Shown here: positions 16,202 through 25,815 of the stretch, piece by piece
How positions within the stretch are numbered: the first letter of the stretch is position 1
Layout of the letters: each line of letters starts with the position of its first letter
Assembly (NCBI RefSeq): GCF_002243045.1
Contig: NZ_MBKP01000045.1
Coordinates: 10,740-42,739, forward strand
From: Methanolobus psychrotolerans
GTDB lineage: Archaea; Halobacteriota; Methanosarcinia; Methanosarcinales; Methanosarcinaceae
Length of the DNA stretch: 32,000 nt
Direction of reading: 5' to 3'
Notes under the pieces: generated by a model
What the model was told of the DNA's origin: nothing
Database searches by the model: none
Seen by the model: the letters and a program-made list of their open reading frames with translations, nothing else
Translations under genes and position numbers: made by a program

Positions 16202-17038
16202 TCAAATTCCTTCAAGCCTTTTCTGATAGAAGAAATACTGCTGTGCATAACCACAGTATCGTCCGAAATACATGCGACCCCAGTTACCGATCTTACTTTT
16301 TGTGGCGTTCCCGTTGAAGAAATCATCATGACCGTAGACTGTCCTTACAACTTTTTCCACATGTGTATCCACAGGAAAGGCTTCCATTTTATCAAATGCA
16401 AAAAGAAGTATGCAATCTGCGACTTTCTCCCCTATTCCTTCAAGGAACATCAGCCTCTGTTTTGCAGCATCGTAATCCAATCCAAAAATATCGTCAAGTA
16501 CCAGATTCCCATCTTCCACATGTCTTGCAGCCTTGATAACACGGCCTCCCCTGAAACCAAGTTTGCAGGCTCGCATGTCATCATCACATGCATGGATAAG
16601 TGAACGAGGCTCAGGAAAACTGTAGTAACCTTCCACTATTTCCTCCCCATAGTTTTTGCACATCATGGAAATCCCCCTTTTGATGTTCGGGATGCTCCAG
16701 GCAGTTGCAAGCATATAGGATATGAGACATTCCCATGGTTCCTGCCTGATAAGACGAAGTCCCATATACTTTCTTATGGCTTCATCCATAAAATCATCCT
16801 TATTGACCTCCTGTATTATAGCATCGAGGTCATCGTCAAAACGGAAATAATTCTCAAAGAAGCTCTTTGGAAGCTTTGAATCCACCAGTACCTCACCGCT
16901 TTTACTGTCCTGCTGAAGTCGTGCAACATGACCATTCACAACCCCGGTCCACCAGTCATCGATGTAGTCCCATCGGAATACCTGACCACAATCAAGAGTG
17001 TAGTTAAGGTTGAAGTTCTCGGAGAAAAGAGTGTACAT
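16202..17038 (-). CDS. ogg: 8-oxoguanine DNA glycosylase/AP lyase (HhH-GPD superfamily)
   Basis: It has an OGG N-domain motif LDCGQVFRW, a helix-hairpin-helix LEGIGEKVADCILLFAF, plus FPVDTHV and GYAQQYFF. Confidence 0.8.
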   Translation of the reverse strand: MYTLFSENFNLNYTLDCGQVFRWDYIDDWWTGVVNGHVARLQQDSKSGEVLVDSKLPKSFFENYFRFDDDLDAIIQEVNKDDFMDEAIRKYMGLRLIRQEPWECLISYMLATAWSIPNIKRGISMMCKNYGEEIVEGYYSFPEPRSLIHACDDDMRACKLGFRGGRVIKAARHVEDGNLVLDDIFGLDYDAAKQRLMFLEGIGEKVADCILLFAFDKMEAFPVDTHVEKVVRTVYGHDDFFNGNATKSKIGNWGRMYFGRYCGYAQQYFFYQKRLEGI

Positions 17039-17039
17039 G

Positions 17040-18404
17040 TCAAGAGTTGAGTTCGAGCTCCCTTAAAAAAATGGCGGCTGATATAGTGTCCCCAAGTCCC
17101 ACGGTTGAAACAGGCTCATCACATATACGTGTCGGAACTATGGCCACCAGATAAGACATGTGTATCCCGCATACAGCGCTACACTTACACTCATGGTCTA
17201 TGCGTTTTGCAAGTCTGGAAGATTCTGCTTTTCCATACTCACTTTCCCGTATATTGGAGGCTATAGCCAGCATGGTCTGCCTGTCACCAAGCTTGCCGGA
17301 GCAGGCAAAAGCGGCAGCACATGAAGCTCCGAAATTCATTACAGCAATCATTTTTTCAGGATCGTCTTCTTTCCTGCATGACACGGAAATCACGAATTCC
17401 CTCGTATGCACAAGCATCCGGCACAACCCGAAGTCACTGCAGAGCTTAATGGAAGATTCTGCAATTGCTACCGAATCCATTGAAAGTATGGGTTTTGGAT
17501 CTATCCCGTTTACCTGGGCAAGCATGGCAAGTTCATCTTCGTTCATTCCTATACGGTCAACGATTGGAGCTAGAATAGAGAACGCATAGGTTGCTATCTT
17601 TGCGGATGAGAAATGTCCGAACTCTACGTGGATATGAAGGCCCTTCCTTACATTTTTCCAGCTTTGAAGTTGCCCGAGGGTCATATCCAGCCTGTTCTTA
17701 TAATCGGATTTACCCGGACCTTCTTCACTTTCCTGTAACATGTGAAAACCGGAAACTATTGCCCCATCCATCTCTCCTGCATGTTTCAGAGAATAATCCC
17801 GGAAGTGCTCATCAATGTAAATCTGGAAGTTTAAAGGGTCATAGGTTGCTATGAACCTATTCTCCCTTGGGACCAGGATGCTTTCACCTAAAAGCGTAAT
17901 CATATCACCTTTTTTGAAATCGAACACGAAATGAATGAGTTCAGGCCTGCTGGCATCGACTGGCAGGACACTGGCTATTTCCTTGCTGCTGTACAGTCTT
18001 CCATTATAAGGATGAAAGATAGCCTTGTGAGAAAAAAAAGATGCCTGCAACTTTGAGAGACTGGCAACGTTCGGTATCACCTTTGAAGCGCCAAGTTCTG
18101 AGAGGACGTTGGCCATTATACCCATATTGCCCCCCATCCTCATGAAAGAGTCATTGAGAAAAGTCTGCCTGAGCCATTCAAATACGTCCCTTTCATGGAT
18201 AAGCCATTCTGCACCCGTGCCATCTCGCATGCATAGAACCAGGCCTGTGAGGAAATCCGACTTTGAGGATATGGAACCCGGAGGATTTGCCAATTTTTCC
18301 TTAACTTCAGTTCCTGTCTGGTCTGAAAGCATCCGGGAAAGTTCCTGGCTGTCAATGTGACATATGGAATCTATATTGGCATTGTAGGCACAGAGAATGT
18401 TCAT
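17040..18404 (-). CDS. ADP-dependent sugar kinase (glucokinase/phosphofructokinase family), paralog 2
   Basis: 454-aa ORF with family motifs GGNMGIMAN, IGMNEDELAML and the C-terminal TVGLGDTISAAIF. Substrate specificity cannot be read from the sequence. Confidence 0.8.
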   Translation of the reverse strand: MNILCAYNANIDSICHIDSQELSRMLSDQTGTEVKEKLANPPGSISSKSDFLTGLVLCMRDGTGAEWLIHERDVFEWLRQTFLNDSFMRMGGNMGIMANVLSELGASKVIPNVASLSKLQASFFSHKAIFHPYNGRLYSSKEIASVLPVDASRPELIHFVFDFKKGDMITLLGESILVPRENRFIATYDPLNFQIYIDEHFRDYSLKHAGEMDGAIVSGFHMLQESEEGPGKSDYKNRLDMTLGQLQSWKNVRKGLHIHVEFGHFSSAKIATYAFSILAPIVDRIGMNEDELAMLAQVNGIDPKPILSMDSVAIAESSIKLCSDFGLCRMLVHTREFVISVSCRKEDDPEKMIAVMNFGASCAAAFACSGKLGDRQTMLAIASNIRESEYGKAESSRLAKRIDHECKCSAVCGIHMSYLVAIVPTRICDEPVSTVGLGDTISAAIFLRELELNS

Positions 18405-18408
18405 CCGG

Positions 18409-19896
18409 TTACTCCGTTATTTTGCATATGTTTATTTTTGGCATTTTTGCAAGCAATGCAACAAAGGCTCCGGCTGAAATAGCATCACCAATTCCTACAG
18501 TTGCAACCGGGTCTTTTACAACCTTTGAAGGAACGATTATAAGGTTGTGGCCATCGGCACTGATGCACCCGTCTTCGAAATCCTCGGCTGTGCAGATACC
18601 TCTTCTCACAAGGTACTTTTCGAGTTCTATGAGGTCATCGTATCCCTGATCGTAAACAGGTACTCCCAGGCCAACAGAAATATCATCAAGGTCTTTGATC
18701 GAGCCAAGTGTTGCCTGTGTTGCTGCAAGTGCTGAGGCGAAAAGCAGGGCCTGTCTCTGATCATCTGCACCAAGAGGATGGTCCTTTGATACCACGCATA
18801 TATAGAACCCCAATGAGTGGATGTGCACCCTTTGCAGTTCAAGTTCCTTGAGAAGCCTGACAGCACCTTCATAGAGAGAAACAATACTGTTCTCACCTTT
18901 ATTTATTACAGAATATGCCAGTTCCTCATACCCAAGTACGTTGAGGGCATTTGCAACTTCCACGGTGTCAAGACCAAGGGAAGTTACATGTTTTTTAACA
19001 ATATCCGTAAGCAGGGCCTTGCGGATAACCTTGTTCTGTATGGACGTGAATTCCACATGTATACGCATCTGGGGATTGCAACCTTTCAGACGTTCTATGA
19101 CACTAACTGCCCGCTGGACATAATCACGATATGTTGTACCATCCTCGTATTCTTCTTTGATCATCTGGTAGCCTGCAAGTATTGCACCGTCTATGCTTTC
19201 CCTGATGTCCGGGAGTTGTTCATACATCTCAGGACTCATGTCGATGCGTAACCAATTGGGCCGGGATGAGATTATCAGGCGATTGTCCCTCGGAACTTCG
19301 AACTCTTCGCCTGCACAGCGGAATTTCATGCCTTTGGAGAATTCAATAATCCAGTTGATCTTGGGTTTTTGCTGTGGATCGTATGCTTCCTTCGGATGCT
19401 TCAGGATGAGTTTACCATTCTCAATAACAGGATGTTTCAGGTTGGGAGAGTCCACAAAGTATTCTGCCTGCTCCCTTGAGAGCCAGGGTACATAGGTGAT
19501 GACGTTCTTCACGCCAAGGGTTACCAGTAGATTGGACATGATACCTGCCTGCCCGCCCATCCGGGCAGAATCAAACACAAGGTTGTCCATTAACCATTCA
19601 TGAATGTCGGTGGTATAAGTGGGCACTTCCGCCGCTTTTCCGTCCCGCATGGCTATGATAAGACGGGCCATAAAATCTACAGGGTCCTTAATCTCCCGGG
19701 GATATTCAACTATCCTTTCCCGTAATTTGTCCTGTCCGATTATACCAATGAGCTTTTTGAGCTCTTCTTCCCTGATATGTTTCATGGCATCAACATTGCT
19801 GTTATAAGCCACAAACACACCCTGCACATTCCCAAGCTGCTCCCTCACATTAGAAACAGCTTCTAAATACCGTGTCTCCCAATCGGCAATCTCCAT
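18409..19896 (-). CDS. ADP-dependent sugar kinase (glucokinase/phosphofructokinase family), paralog 1
   Basis: I chose ATG at 19896 (MEIADWETRY), which follows GGGTGA. Motifs GGQAGIMSN and the C-terminal TVGIGDAISAGAF are present. The family NE.E position reads LDTVEV. Confidence 0.8.
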   Translation of the reverse strand: MEIADWETRYLEAVSNVREQLGNVQGVFVAYNSNVDAMKHIREEELKKLIGIIGQDKLRERIVEYPREIKDPVDFMARLIIAMRDGKAAEVPTYTTDIHEWLMDNLVFDSARMGGQAGIMSNLLVTLGVKNVITYVPWLSREQAEYFVDSPNLKHPVIENGKLILKHPKEAYDPQQKPKINWIIEFSKGMKFRCAGEEFEVPRDNRLIISSRPNWLRIDMSPEMYEQLPDIRESIDGAILAGYQMIKEEYEDGTTYRDYVQRAVSVIERLKGCNPQMRIHVEFTSIQNKVIRKALLTDIVKKHVTSLGLDTVEVANALNVLGYEELAYSVINKGENSIVSLYEGAVRLLKELELQRVHIHSLGFYICVVSKDHPLGADDQRQALLFASALAATQATLGSIKDLDDISVGLGVPVYDQGYDDLIELEKYLVRRGICTAEDFEDGCISADGHNLIIVPSKVVKDPVATVGIGDAISAGAFVALLAKMPKINICKITE

Positions 19897-20024
19897 TATT
19901 TCACCCAATTGATATAAATTATGTTTATACTGTATATATAAACGATGGATGGGGTTTAGATAGCCGATATTTGAATATCCAGATGGTTATAAGATAGCAA
20001 AAAAGCAGTATTTCTGCATTAGAA

Positions 20025-20064
20025 TGAAAAATAGAATTATGATTCAAACAGAATCATAAAATTC
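20025..20064 (-). terminator. Putative argJ terminator hairpin plus T-tract
   Basis: The minus-strand RNA reads GAAUU(UU)AUGAUUC-UGUUU-GAAUCAUAAUUC, a 12-bp stem with a 2-nt bulge. It is followed by UAUUUUUC and overlaps the argJ stop codon. Confidence 0.4.
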
Positions 20065-21247
20065 ATGTCGTATAATCTGCATTGATCCTGACATAATCAT
20101 ACGTCAGGTCACAGCCCCATGCGGTGGCATTCTTACTGCCCATGCCGAGGTCGGTGATTATAACAACCTCATCCTGGGACATGATGGACTTTAACTGAGC
20201 CAAGGATGCTTCGTCGTTTCGGACTACTTTGCCGTCTTTTACCAGCTCGATGACCTCGGTTCCTGATGAAAAGGAGAGGGATATCTTTGTCTGGTCCATA
20301 TCAGCACCGGAATAGCCTGCAGCCACCACGATACGACCCCAGTTGGGATCCTGCCCGAAGATGGCGGACTTAACCAGAGGAGAGCGGACTATTGATTTAG
20401 CTACAAGGCGGGCATCCTCTTCTGTGGGTGCGCCTGTGACCTTGGATTCTATGAGCTTGGTGGCGCCTTCACCGTCGATGGCTATCATCTTGGCAAGTTC
20501 GGTGAGCACAAGGTCAAGACCGGACTGGAAATCAGCTATATCGGGACTGATACCGGACTTGCCGGTGGCTGTCAGCAGTACCATGTCGTTGCAACTTGTA
20601 TCGCCATCCACGACTATCATATTGAAGCTCTTGTCCACGGAAGTGGTGAGGCATGATTGCAATATCTGTGCAGGGATATCTGCATCAGTGTAGACAAAAG
20701 AAAGCATGGTACCCATATTCGGCTCGATCATGCCTGAACCCTTGGCAATGCCTGCTATGCGGATACCGGAGTCCATCTCGATGGCTATCTCCTTGGGAAC
20801 GGTGTCAGTTGTCATGATGGCACGTGCTGCCCTCATGCTGGCATCTGCATCCTCGCCCATGGAATCCAGTGCTTCCTGAAGATGTGCACCTATCCAGCCG
20901 GTGTCGAGCTTGCGTCCCACGACACCTGTGGAAGACACTCCAATAAGCTCCTCGTCAACTCCCAGCTTTGATGCAAGCATGGATGCCATGATCCGCGCAT
21001 CCACCATACCCTGCTCGCCTGTGAAAGCATTTGCATTGCCACTGTTCACAATAACACCGGAAAGCCTGCCGGTTTTGGAGATACGCTCCCTTGTAACCAT
21101 CAATGGTGCTGCAATTACCTTGTTCCTGGTGTAAGCTCCGGCAGCATTGCCTTCTGCCTGTATGACTGCAATTCCCATCTTTCCGGGTTTGATGCCGCCG
21201 GCACGCACGCCCTTTACCGCACAAATACCGCCTTCAATGAACTTCAT
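20063..21247 (-). CDS. argJ: Bifunctional ornithine acetyltransferase / N-acetylglutamate synthase
   Basis: 394-aa ORF with the ArgJ pattern, including the autoprocessing-site context GTMLSFVYTDA. Confidence 0.9.
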   Translation of the reverse strand: MKFIEGGICAVKGVRAGGIKPGKMGIAVIQAEGNAAGAYTRNKVIAAPLMVTRERISKTGRLSGVIVNSGNANAFTGEQGMVDARIMASMLASKLGVDEELIGVSSTGVVGRKLDTGWIGAHLQEALDSMGEDADASMRAARAIMTTDTVPKEIAIEMDSGIRIAGIAKGSGMIEPNMGTMLSFVYTDADIPAQILQSCLTTSVDKSFNMIVVDGDTSCNDMVLLTATGKSGISPDIADFQSGLDLVLTELAKMIAIDGEGATKLIESKVTGAPTEEDARLVAKSIVRSPLVKSAIFGQDPNWGRIVVAAGYSGADMDQTKISLSFSSGTEVIELVKDGKVVRNDEASLAQLKSIMSQDEVVIITDLGMGSKNATAWGCDLTYDYVRINADYTT

Positions 21248-21273
21248 GGTATTCCTTCTTAAAATGTCCCATT

Positions 21274-21741
21274 TTACAATTGTCCAAGACCGTCAATGAT
21301 GTCACCACGTGTAACAATACCAACAAGCTGTCCGTCCTCATCCACAACAGGAAGACGGTTTATCTTGTGCCTGGTAATGACTGCGGAGGCTTCCTGTATC
21401 GAGTCCTCGGGACTTACTGTGTAAACGTGTTTTTTCATGATCTCAGTAATTGATTTTGAACCCACATCCTCAAGCATGTTCTTGGTCTCTTCCCAGTTGA
21501 GCAGCTCCCGGATAGGTACTTCAATAACCTCGAACGGGCTTGGAAGCCAGAGTCCTGTGTGTTCGGGGACTTTAAGCAACTTAAGGATATCTCCCTCAGA
21601 AACGATACCAACTACCTCGCCTTCATCCACAACCGGCAAACCACTGATACTGTTCTGCTTCAGGAGTTGCGCTACAGCCCTGATAGTATCAGCCGGAGCA
21701 CAGGTAACAACTTCTGGGTTCATTACATCTTTTACTTTCAT
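21274..21741 (-). CDS. CBS domain pair protein
   Basis: 155-aa ORF with two CBS repeats (ISGLPVVDEGEVVGIVSEGDIL and INRLPVVDEDGQLVGIVTRGDII). Confidence 0.8.
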   Translation of the reverse strand: MKVKDVMNPEVVTCAPADTIRAVAQLLKQNSISGLPVVDEGEVVGIVSEGDILKLLKVPEHTGLWLPSPFEVIEVPIRELLNWEETKNMLEDVGSKSITEIMKKHVYTVSPEDSIQEASAVITRHKINRLPVVDEDGQLVGIVTRGDIIDGLGQL

Positions 21742-21782
21742 GAGTATACCTTACTTTACCATAATATTTCAGGATTTGCACC

Positions 21783-22796
21783 TTACGGGAAGGTTGCAGC
21801 ATTCCAGAGTCCATCGGTCTCATTAAAACCACACATGAGGTTCATGTTCTGTATTGCCTGACCTGATGCACCTTTTACAAGGTTGTCAATGGCTGAGACC
21901 ACGACTATGCGGTTGTTGTTCTTATCGACTTCAAGTCCAATGTCGCAGAAATTGGAGCCACGAACAGCACCAAGTGTGGGAATGCCCTTGATGACACGCA
22001 CAAATGGCTTGCCCGCATACATCTCCTCATAAAGTGACTTCACCTCCTCCAGTTTCAGTTTCTCTTTTGTGAAAATGTGGGATGTGGTGAGTATGCCCCT
22101 GATGGACGGAACTACATGAGGAGTGAAACTGATATTTGTCAGGGAATTGTCCAGGCGGTGGAGCTCCTGCACGAATTCTGCAACGTGCCTGTGGGTGGTA
22201 AGTTTGTATGCCTGTACGTTCTCAGCCATGTTCGGATAGTGAGATGTCTGCGAAGGCTCAACTCCCGCACCTGTGATGCCTGATTTAGAGTCAAATACTA
22301 CGGAGCTGATAAGTCCTGCTTTTGCCAGTGGTGCAGCAGCCAGCACCGCACCTGTTGGGAAGCATCCCGGATTTGCAACAAATGTCTCGCTGGCAACCTC
22401 AGGATGCAGCTCCGGCAGACCAAATACAGCATCTCGGGGATCCTTGTGTTTGAGCCTGTAAACTGATTCGAACACATCGGTCTTAAGCCTGTAATCTGCA
22501 CTGAGATCTATGACCTTCGTCTTCCCGTCAATGAGCTGTGGCACTATATCCATTGCAGTACCATGTGGCACAGCCACAAATACCACATCGCAGCGTGACC
22601 TTACCTCTTCAGGAGTGGCATTCTGGAACTCAAGGTCCAAAAGCCCCCTCAGATGCGGGTGGCTGTCACAAACATCGTTACCTGCAAGCTTCCTTGAAGT
22701 AGCCACTGTAATATTGACCTCGGGATGGTTCAGGAGCAAACGCATAAGCTCTCCGCCAGTATACCCCGATGCACCGATAATTCCTGCGCTTATCAT
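21783..22796 (-). CDS. argC: N-acetyl-gamma-glutamyl-phosphate reductase
   Basis: I chose ATG at 22796 (MISAGIIGASGYTGGEL). The active-site context PGCFPTG is present. Confidence 0.88.
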   Translation of the reverse strand: MISAGIIGASGYTGGELMRLLLNHPEVNITVATSRKLAGNDVCDSHPHLRGLLDLEFQNATPEEVRSRCDVVFVAVPHGTAMDIVPQLIDGKTKVIDLSADYRLKTDVFESVYRLKHKDPRDAVFGLPELHPEVASETFVANPGCFPTGAVLAAAPLAKAGLISSVVFDSKSGITGAGVEPSQTSHYPNMAENVQAYKLTTHRHVAEFVQELHRLDNSLTNISFTPHVVPSIRGILTTSHIFTKEKLKLEEVKSLYEEMYAGKPFVRVIKGIPTLGAVRGSNFCDIGLEVDKNNNRIVVVSAIDNLVKGASGQAIQNMNLMCGFNETDGLWNAATFP

Positions 22797-23030
22797 AGTT
22801 ATCACTACAAAGTTGTTATCAAATATATGATAGAGAAGTGATTGTAGTGCTATAATGGTTGCGCTTTGGTTGTTGGAAGAGAGGATACTGATTTGTTGAG
22901 AAAGGAGATTCTTGCTATTGACTATACCGAATGGAAGGAAATAGGAGTCTCAAAAGGACTCTCCATTAGATGAAGAAGAATACTGAAGCTGATAACCCGG
23001 TTACTCCAAGTGCTCATGTTAGAAGAAGGT

Positions 23031-23282
23031 CTATTTATAGATCAGTAAACGGAAAAGCCCTTTCGATGGCTTGTAAATCCTATCTGGGAAGTTTTTGACA
23101 AGTTTCCAGATGCACCCGTTGACCGTTTTCGGATGAAAAGTTGGATCTGATGCCTTGATCTTTGAGAGCAGTTCTGACCAATGCAGACCTTCTGGATGCA
23201 TCTCGAGTAATTCAAATGCTTTTGCGTTTATACGTTCAGTGACTTTGGATGATTGCATACTTGGTTTTGGTGTTTCTTCCAT
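23031..23282 (-). CDS. Small winged-helix-like protein (83 aa)
   Basis: I chose ATG at 23282 (MEETPKPS...). The segment AFELLEMHPEGLHWSELLSKIKA...TVNGCIWKLVKNFPDRIYKPSKGLFRL resembles Mrr-N/winged-helix modules. The longer track ORF N-terminus is AT-rich and looks like nonsense. Confidence 0.45.
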   Translation of the reverse strand: MEETPKPSMQSSKVTERINAKAFELLEMHPEGLHWSELLSKIKASDPTFHPKTVNGCIWKLVKNFPDRIYKPSKGLFRLLIYK

Positions 23283-23483
23283 GCAAAAGTTATTCACTTT
23301 TATATCAATAAATATTTTGTTGAAAGCCAGCACAAATCTAAATTTAATGGGGAAGCAGGAATACTGGAAAGAAAACATGTTAAAGCTGAATCTATTGTTT
23401 ACATCGGCAAAGAAGCCAATAACATTGATGAGCAGGTTCTTGATGTGAAGAAAGCTCAGGAGTTTATCAACAAGCAAGAGATT

Positions 23484-23645
23484 ATGGATAGTATTCTCAA
23501 CCTATCGGTATCTGAAGCTAAGGAGTTAGGAGTTTCTAAGACTACATTGTGGGATATGCATAGAATAATAAGGGAAACTGGGGAATTGAATTTGAATACT
23601 CAGGCAGTGAAAAAATTAACATATAGTTCTATTTCTGAATCTTAA
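23484..23645 (+). CDS. Short HTH-like ORF or gene fragment (53 aa)
   Basis: MDSILNLSVSEAKELGVSKTTLWDMHRIIRE has a generic helix-turn-helix pattern. No ATG lies further upstream in this frame. A related fragment (EILAIDYTEWKEIGVSKGLSIR*) lies at about 22903-22971 on the plus strand. Confidence 0.3.
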   Translation: MDSILNLSVSEAKELGVSKTTLWDMHRIIRETGELNLNTQAVKKLTYSSISES

Positions 23646-23732
23646 AGAAATTAATTTCATTGATATTTATTTTAATGCTTTCAAGAACCTTTTCTATGAA
23701 GGTTTTTTCATTGGCTATTTCATCAACCATAT

Positions 23733-23951
23733 TTAAAAAGTAATCTCGATCCGCATTTTAACTTTTTCAAAGTCTCCAAGTATTATATCTGACTTAGAAG
23801 CCGATAAACGACATTTTGCAGATTCAAGTTCAAAAGATACTTTTACTTTTCGTGCATGCTGTTTTGAAATTTTTCCCCTTACTACAAAAAAGGTATCTAT
23901 TAGATCATAAAATGCTTCTTTTGAATATCCTGTAAGGTTTGCTTCACCCAC
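23733..23951 (-). CDS. Hypothetical small ORF, possibly a C-terminal gene fragment
   Basis: 72-aa ORF with a non-ATG start and no recognisable family, in an AT-rich, gene-poor context. Confidence 0.2.
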   Translation of the reverse strand: MGEANLTGYSKEAFYDLIDTFFVVRGKISKQHARKVKVSFELESAKCRLSASKSDIILGDFEKVKMRIEITF

Positions 23952-24361
23952 TACATTATGGAGAGTTTTACGTGCCTCAATATGTCAGTACACTGTTGTA
24001 ATATATTTACCTTGATATTATATCTAACTTTCCATTTTGAAAGCCATTATAAAATAAAAAAGAGTTCCATTTTTCTGATTTTTTTGATGTCTGTGAATAG
24101 TGTATATTATAGTTTAAAGTTCCGTTTTTTACAGTTACCTATATCCCAAGCCTATTGTGCGACAATGCTAATTTGAACAAAATAATGTGCTTTTATCATC
24201 ATCTAGAAAATCTGTTTTACCACAATCATCAAAACGTGAAGAAATATATTTTCTATTTTAGTCGGATTTCTCTAAAAACAAAGCTTTCCTAATTATCCCA
24301 AAAATAAATCCTGGATGGTCACTTAACCATCCCCAGAACATTCCCAATTCAAACCAAATCA

Positions 24362-24820
24362 TCAAAAACCGAACAATGATGATACTTTCATGACCACATT
24401 GGCAACGGTGTACTTCACAGAATTTACAAAACCTACAGGCTCAATTACGATTTCGCCATTGTCCTTTGCAGCAATGAACTCCTTCAATGGGTCTGACGAT
24501 CTAATGATTGATCTTACCGTAGCTTCATTTGCTCCTACGATCATCGTTGCATCAAAATCCGTGTCCTCGTCAACTTCTTCAAAATAAGTGATGTATGCGT
24601 CTTCTGTAATCGCCTTAATGTATTTCTCTTCACCATCGTCGGTAACAATTACCAGTTTGATAACCTCATTCCCTAAGAGAGATTCAAGGTAAGAAGGCAC
24701 ATATTCGGCATTCGCATTATATTCATTGACCTTGATATCGAGATCATAAACTATATCAGCACTTGCAACCGGTATAAGTATCGTTAACAATAACATTAAT
24801 ATGACTTGTATTTTTTTCAT
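24362..24820 (-). CDS. Secreted/exported hypothetical protein
   Basis: AAGGAGTGA lies upstream of the ATG. The N-terminal signal-peptide-like segment MKKIQVILMLLLTILIPVASA is followed by an acidic, beta-rich sequence. Confidence 0.65.
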   Translation of the reverse strand: MKKIQVILMLLLTILIPVASADIVYDLDIKVNEYNANAEYVPSYLESLLGNEVIKLVIVTDDGEEKYIKAITEDAYITYFEEVDEDTDFDATMIVGANEATVRSIIRSSDPLKEFIAAKDNGEIVIEPVGFVNSVKYTVANVVMKVSSLFGF

Positions 24821-25008
24821 TCACTCACTCCTTTTTTAATTTTTTTTCAAATACATATCTCTGTGAAAAAGAGATACAGAACAATTGCATAATTTCCAGA
24901 ACACCCTTACTCACAATATGCTATAATTCTAGTTATACATTTTTGTATAATCTCAAAATATTAAGAATAAGTAATAATAAAAAGTACAATAATCTTCATT
25001 CTGGGCTT

Positions 25009-25260
25009 TCAATTATTAAGCAGAAGTAAAATCAATGAGTATGTTCCTGGGATACTTTCAAGTCTGCCAATAATGCCAAAAACAAAACAGAATTGTAGAC
25101 ATGACGATACACCTCGAAGTGGTTCGATGCTCCGATCATTGAAGAGGGAGCTGCGTCCTGATAGCTCAGTTTCAGGAACTTTGCAAGAACATATCCAAGC
25201 GTAAAGATGGACGCGGATAAAGGCAGATGGTGGTGTGCCATTAGCATTTGCTTGCATTAC
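25009..25260 (-). pseudogene. acr3: Truncated, frameshifted remnant of an ACR3-type arsenite efflux permease (last ~2 TM helices)
   Basis: Track ORF 25032..25247 reads ...[29 protein letters not shown], which matches the conserved ACR3 C-terminal motif (...LGL.Y..A....F.A.SNNFELAIAVA). The continuation ([15 protein letters not shown]..) appears only in a different frame (track ORF 25009..25308). The N-terminal ~270 aa of a normal ACR3 are absent. Confidence 0.5.
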
Positions 25261-25283
25261 CTGAGAAACTGTTGGTAGAACCA

Positions 25284-25760
25284 TTACCCGAATGTAAGGG
25301 AAATCCACCCCTTTATATCATCCCTGATCTGCCGGAATACATTGAGCTGGTCCTCATCTGACCCCGTGGCTCTGGCAGGATCCTCAAAACTTTTGTGAAT
25401 TACTTTTTTTGCCCATGGCTGTTCGTTCAAGATCCCGGGACCAGCCACCTCTGGTGTGCTGCAGATAGGGCAGGCCTGTTTAGCACGATCACAGACCGTA
25501 ACCACAAGGTCAAACACCATATCCTGATATTCATGGAACGTTTTTGAACGCTGAGCAGAGATATCGATACCAATTTCCCTCATGACAAACACAGCACGGG
25601 GATCAACATCCTTTGCTTCTATACCAGCACTATAAACCTCGTAGAGATATCCATAAATAGCCCTCAAGAGTCCTTCAGCCATCTGGGATCTGGCAGAATT
25701 ATGATAGCATAAAAAGAGAATCTGTTTCTTATTCTGCTCCTGTGAGCTTATTTTTGTCAT
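25284..25760 (-). CDS. arsC: Arsenate reductase, LMW-PTP (thioredoxin-coupled) family
   Basis: I chose ATG at 25760 (MTKISS...). It has the C-X5-R P-loop LFLCYHNSARSQ plus downstream Cys residues in TVCD and CPIC, as in the pI258-type ArsC catalytic triad. Confidence 0.75.
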   Translation of the reverse strand: MTKISSQEQNKKQILFLCYHNSARSQMAEGLLRAIYGYLYEVYSAGIEAKDVDPRAVFVMREIGIDISAQRSKTFHEYQDMVFDLVVTVCDRAKQACPICSTPEVAGPGILNEQPWAKKVIHKSFEDPARATGSDEDQLNVFRQIRDDIKGWISLTFG

Positions 25761-25815
25761 TTTATTAGTAGTGATAATCTTCACATCCCGATTATGATCA
25801 TTGATGTATCAGGCT

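Noticed and set aside
23283-23477. Long N-terminal extensions offered by the ORF track, here and at 4724-4786, 12169-12180, 19897-19908, 25761-25784, 26263-26364 and 1242-1271
   Set aside because: These extensions start at non-ATG codons, lack RBS-like sequences, overlap upstream genes or promoters, and are absent from the conserved N-termini of the respective families. Internal ATGs with GGAGG/GGTGA-like sites fit better.
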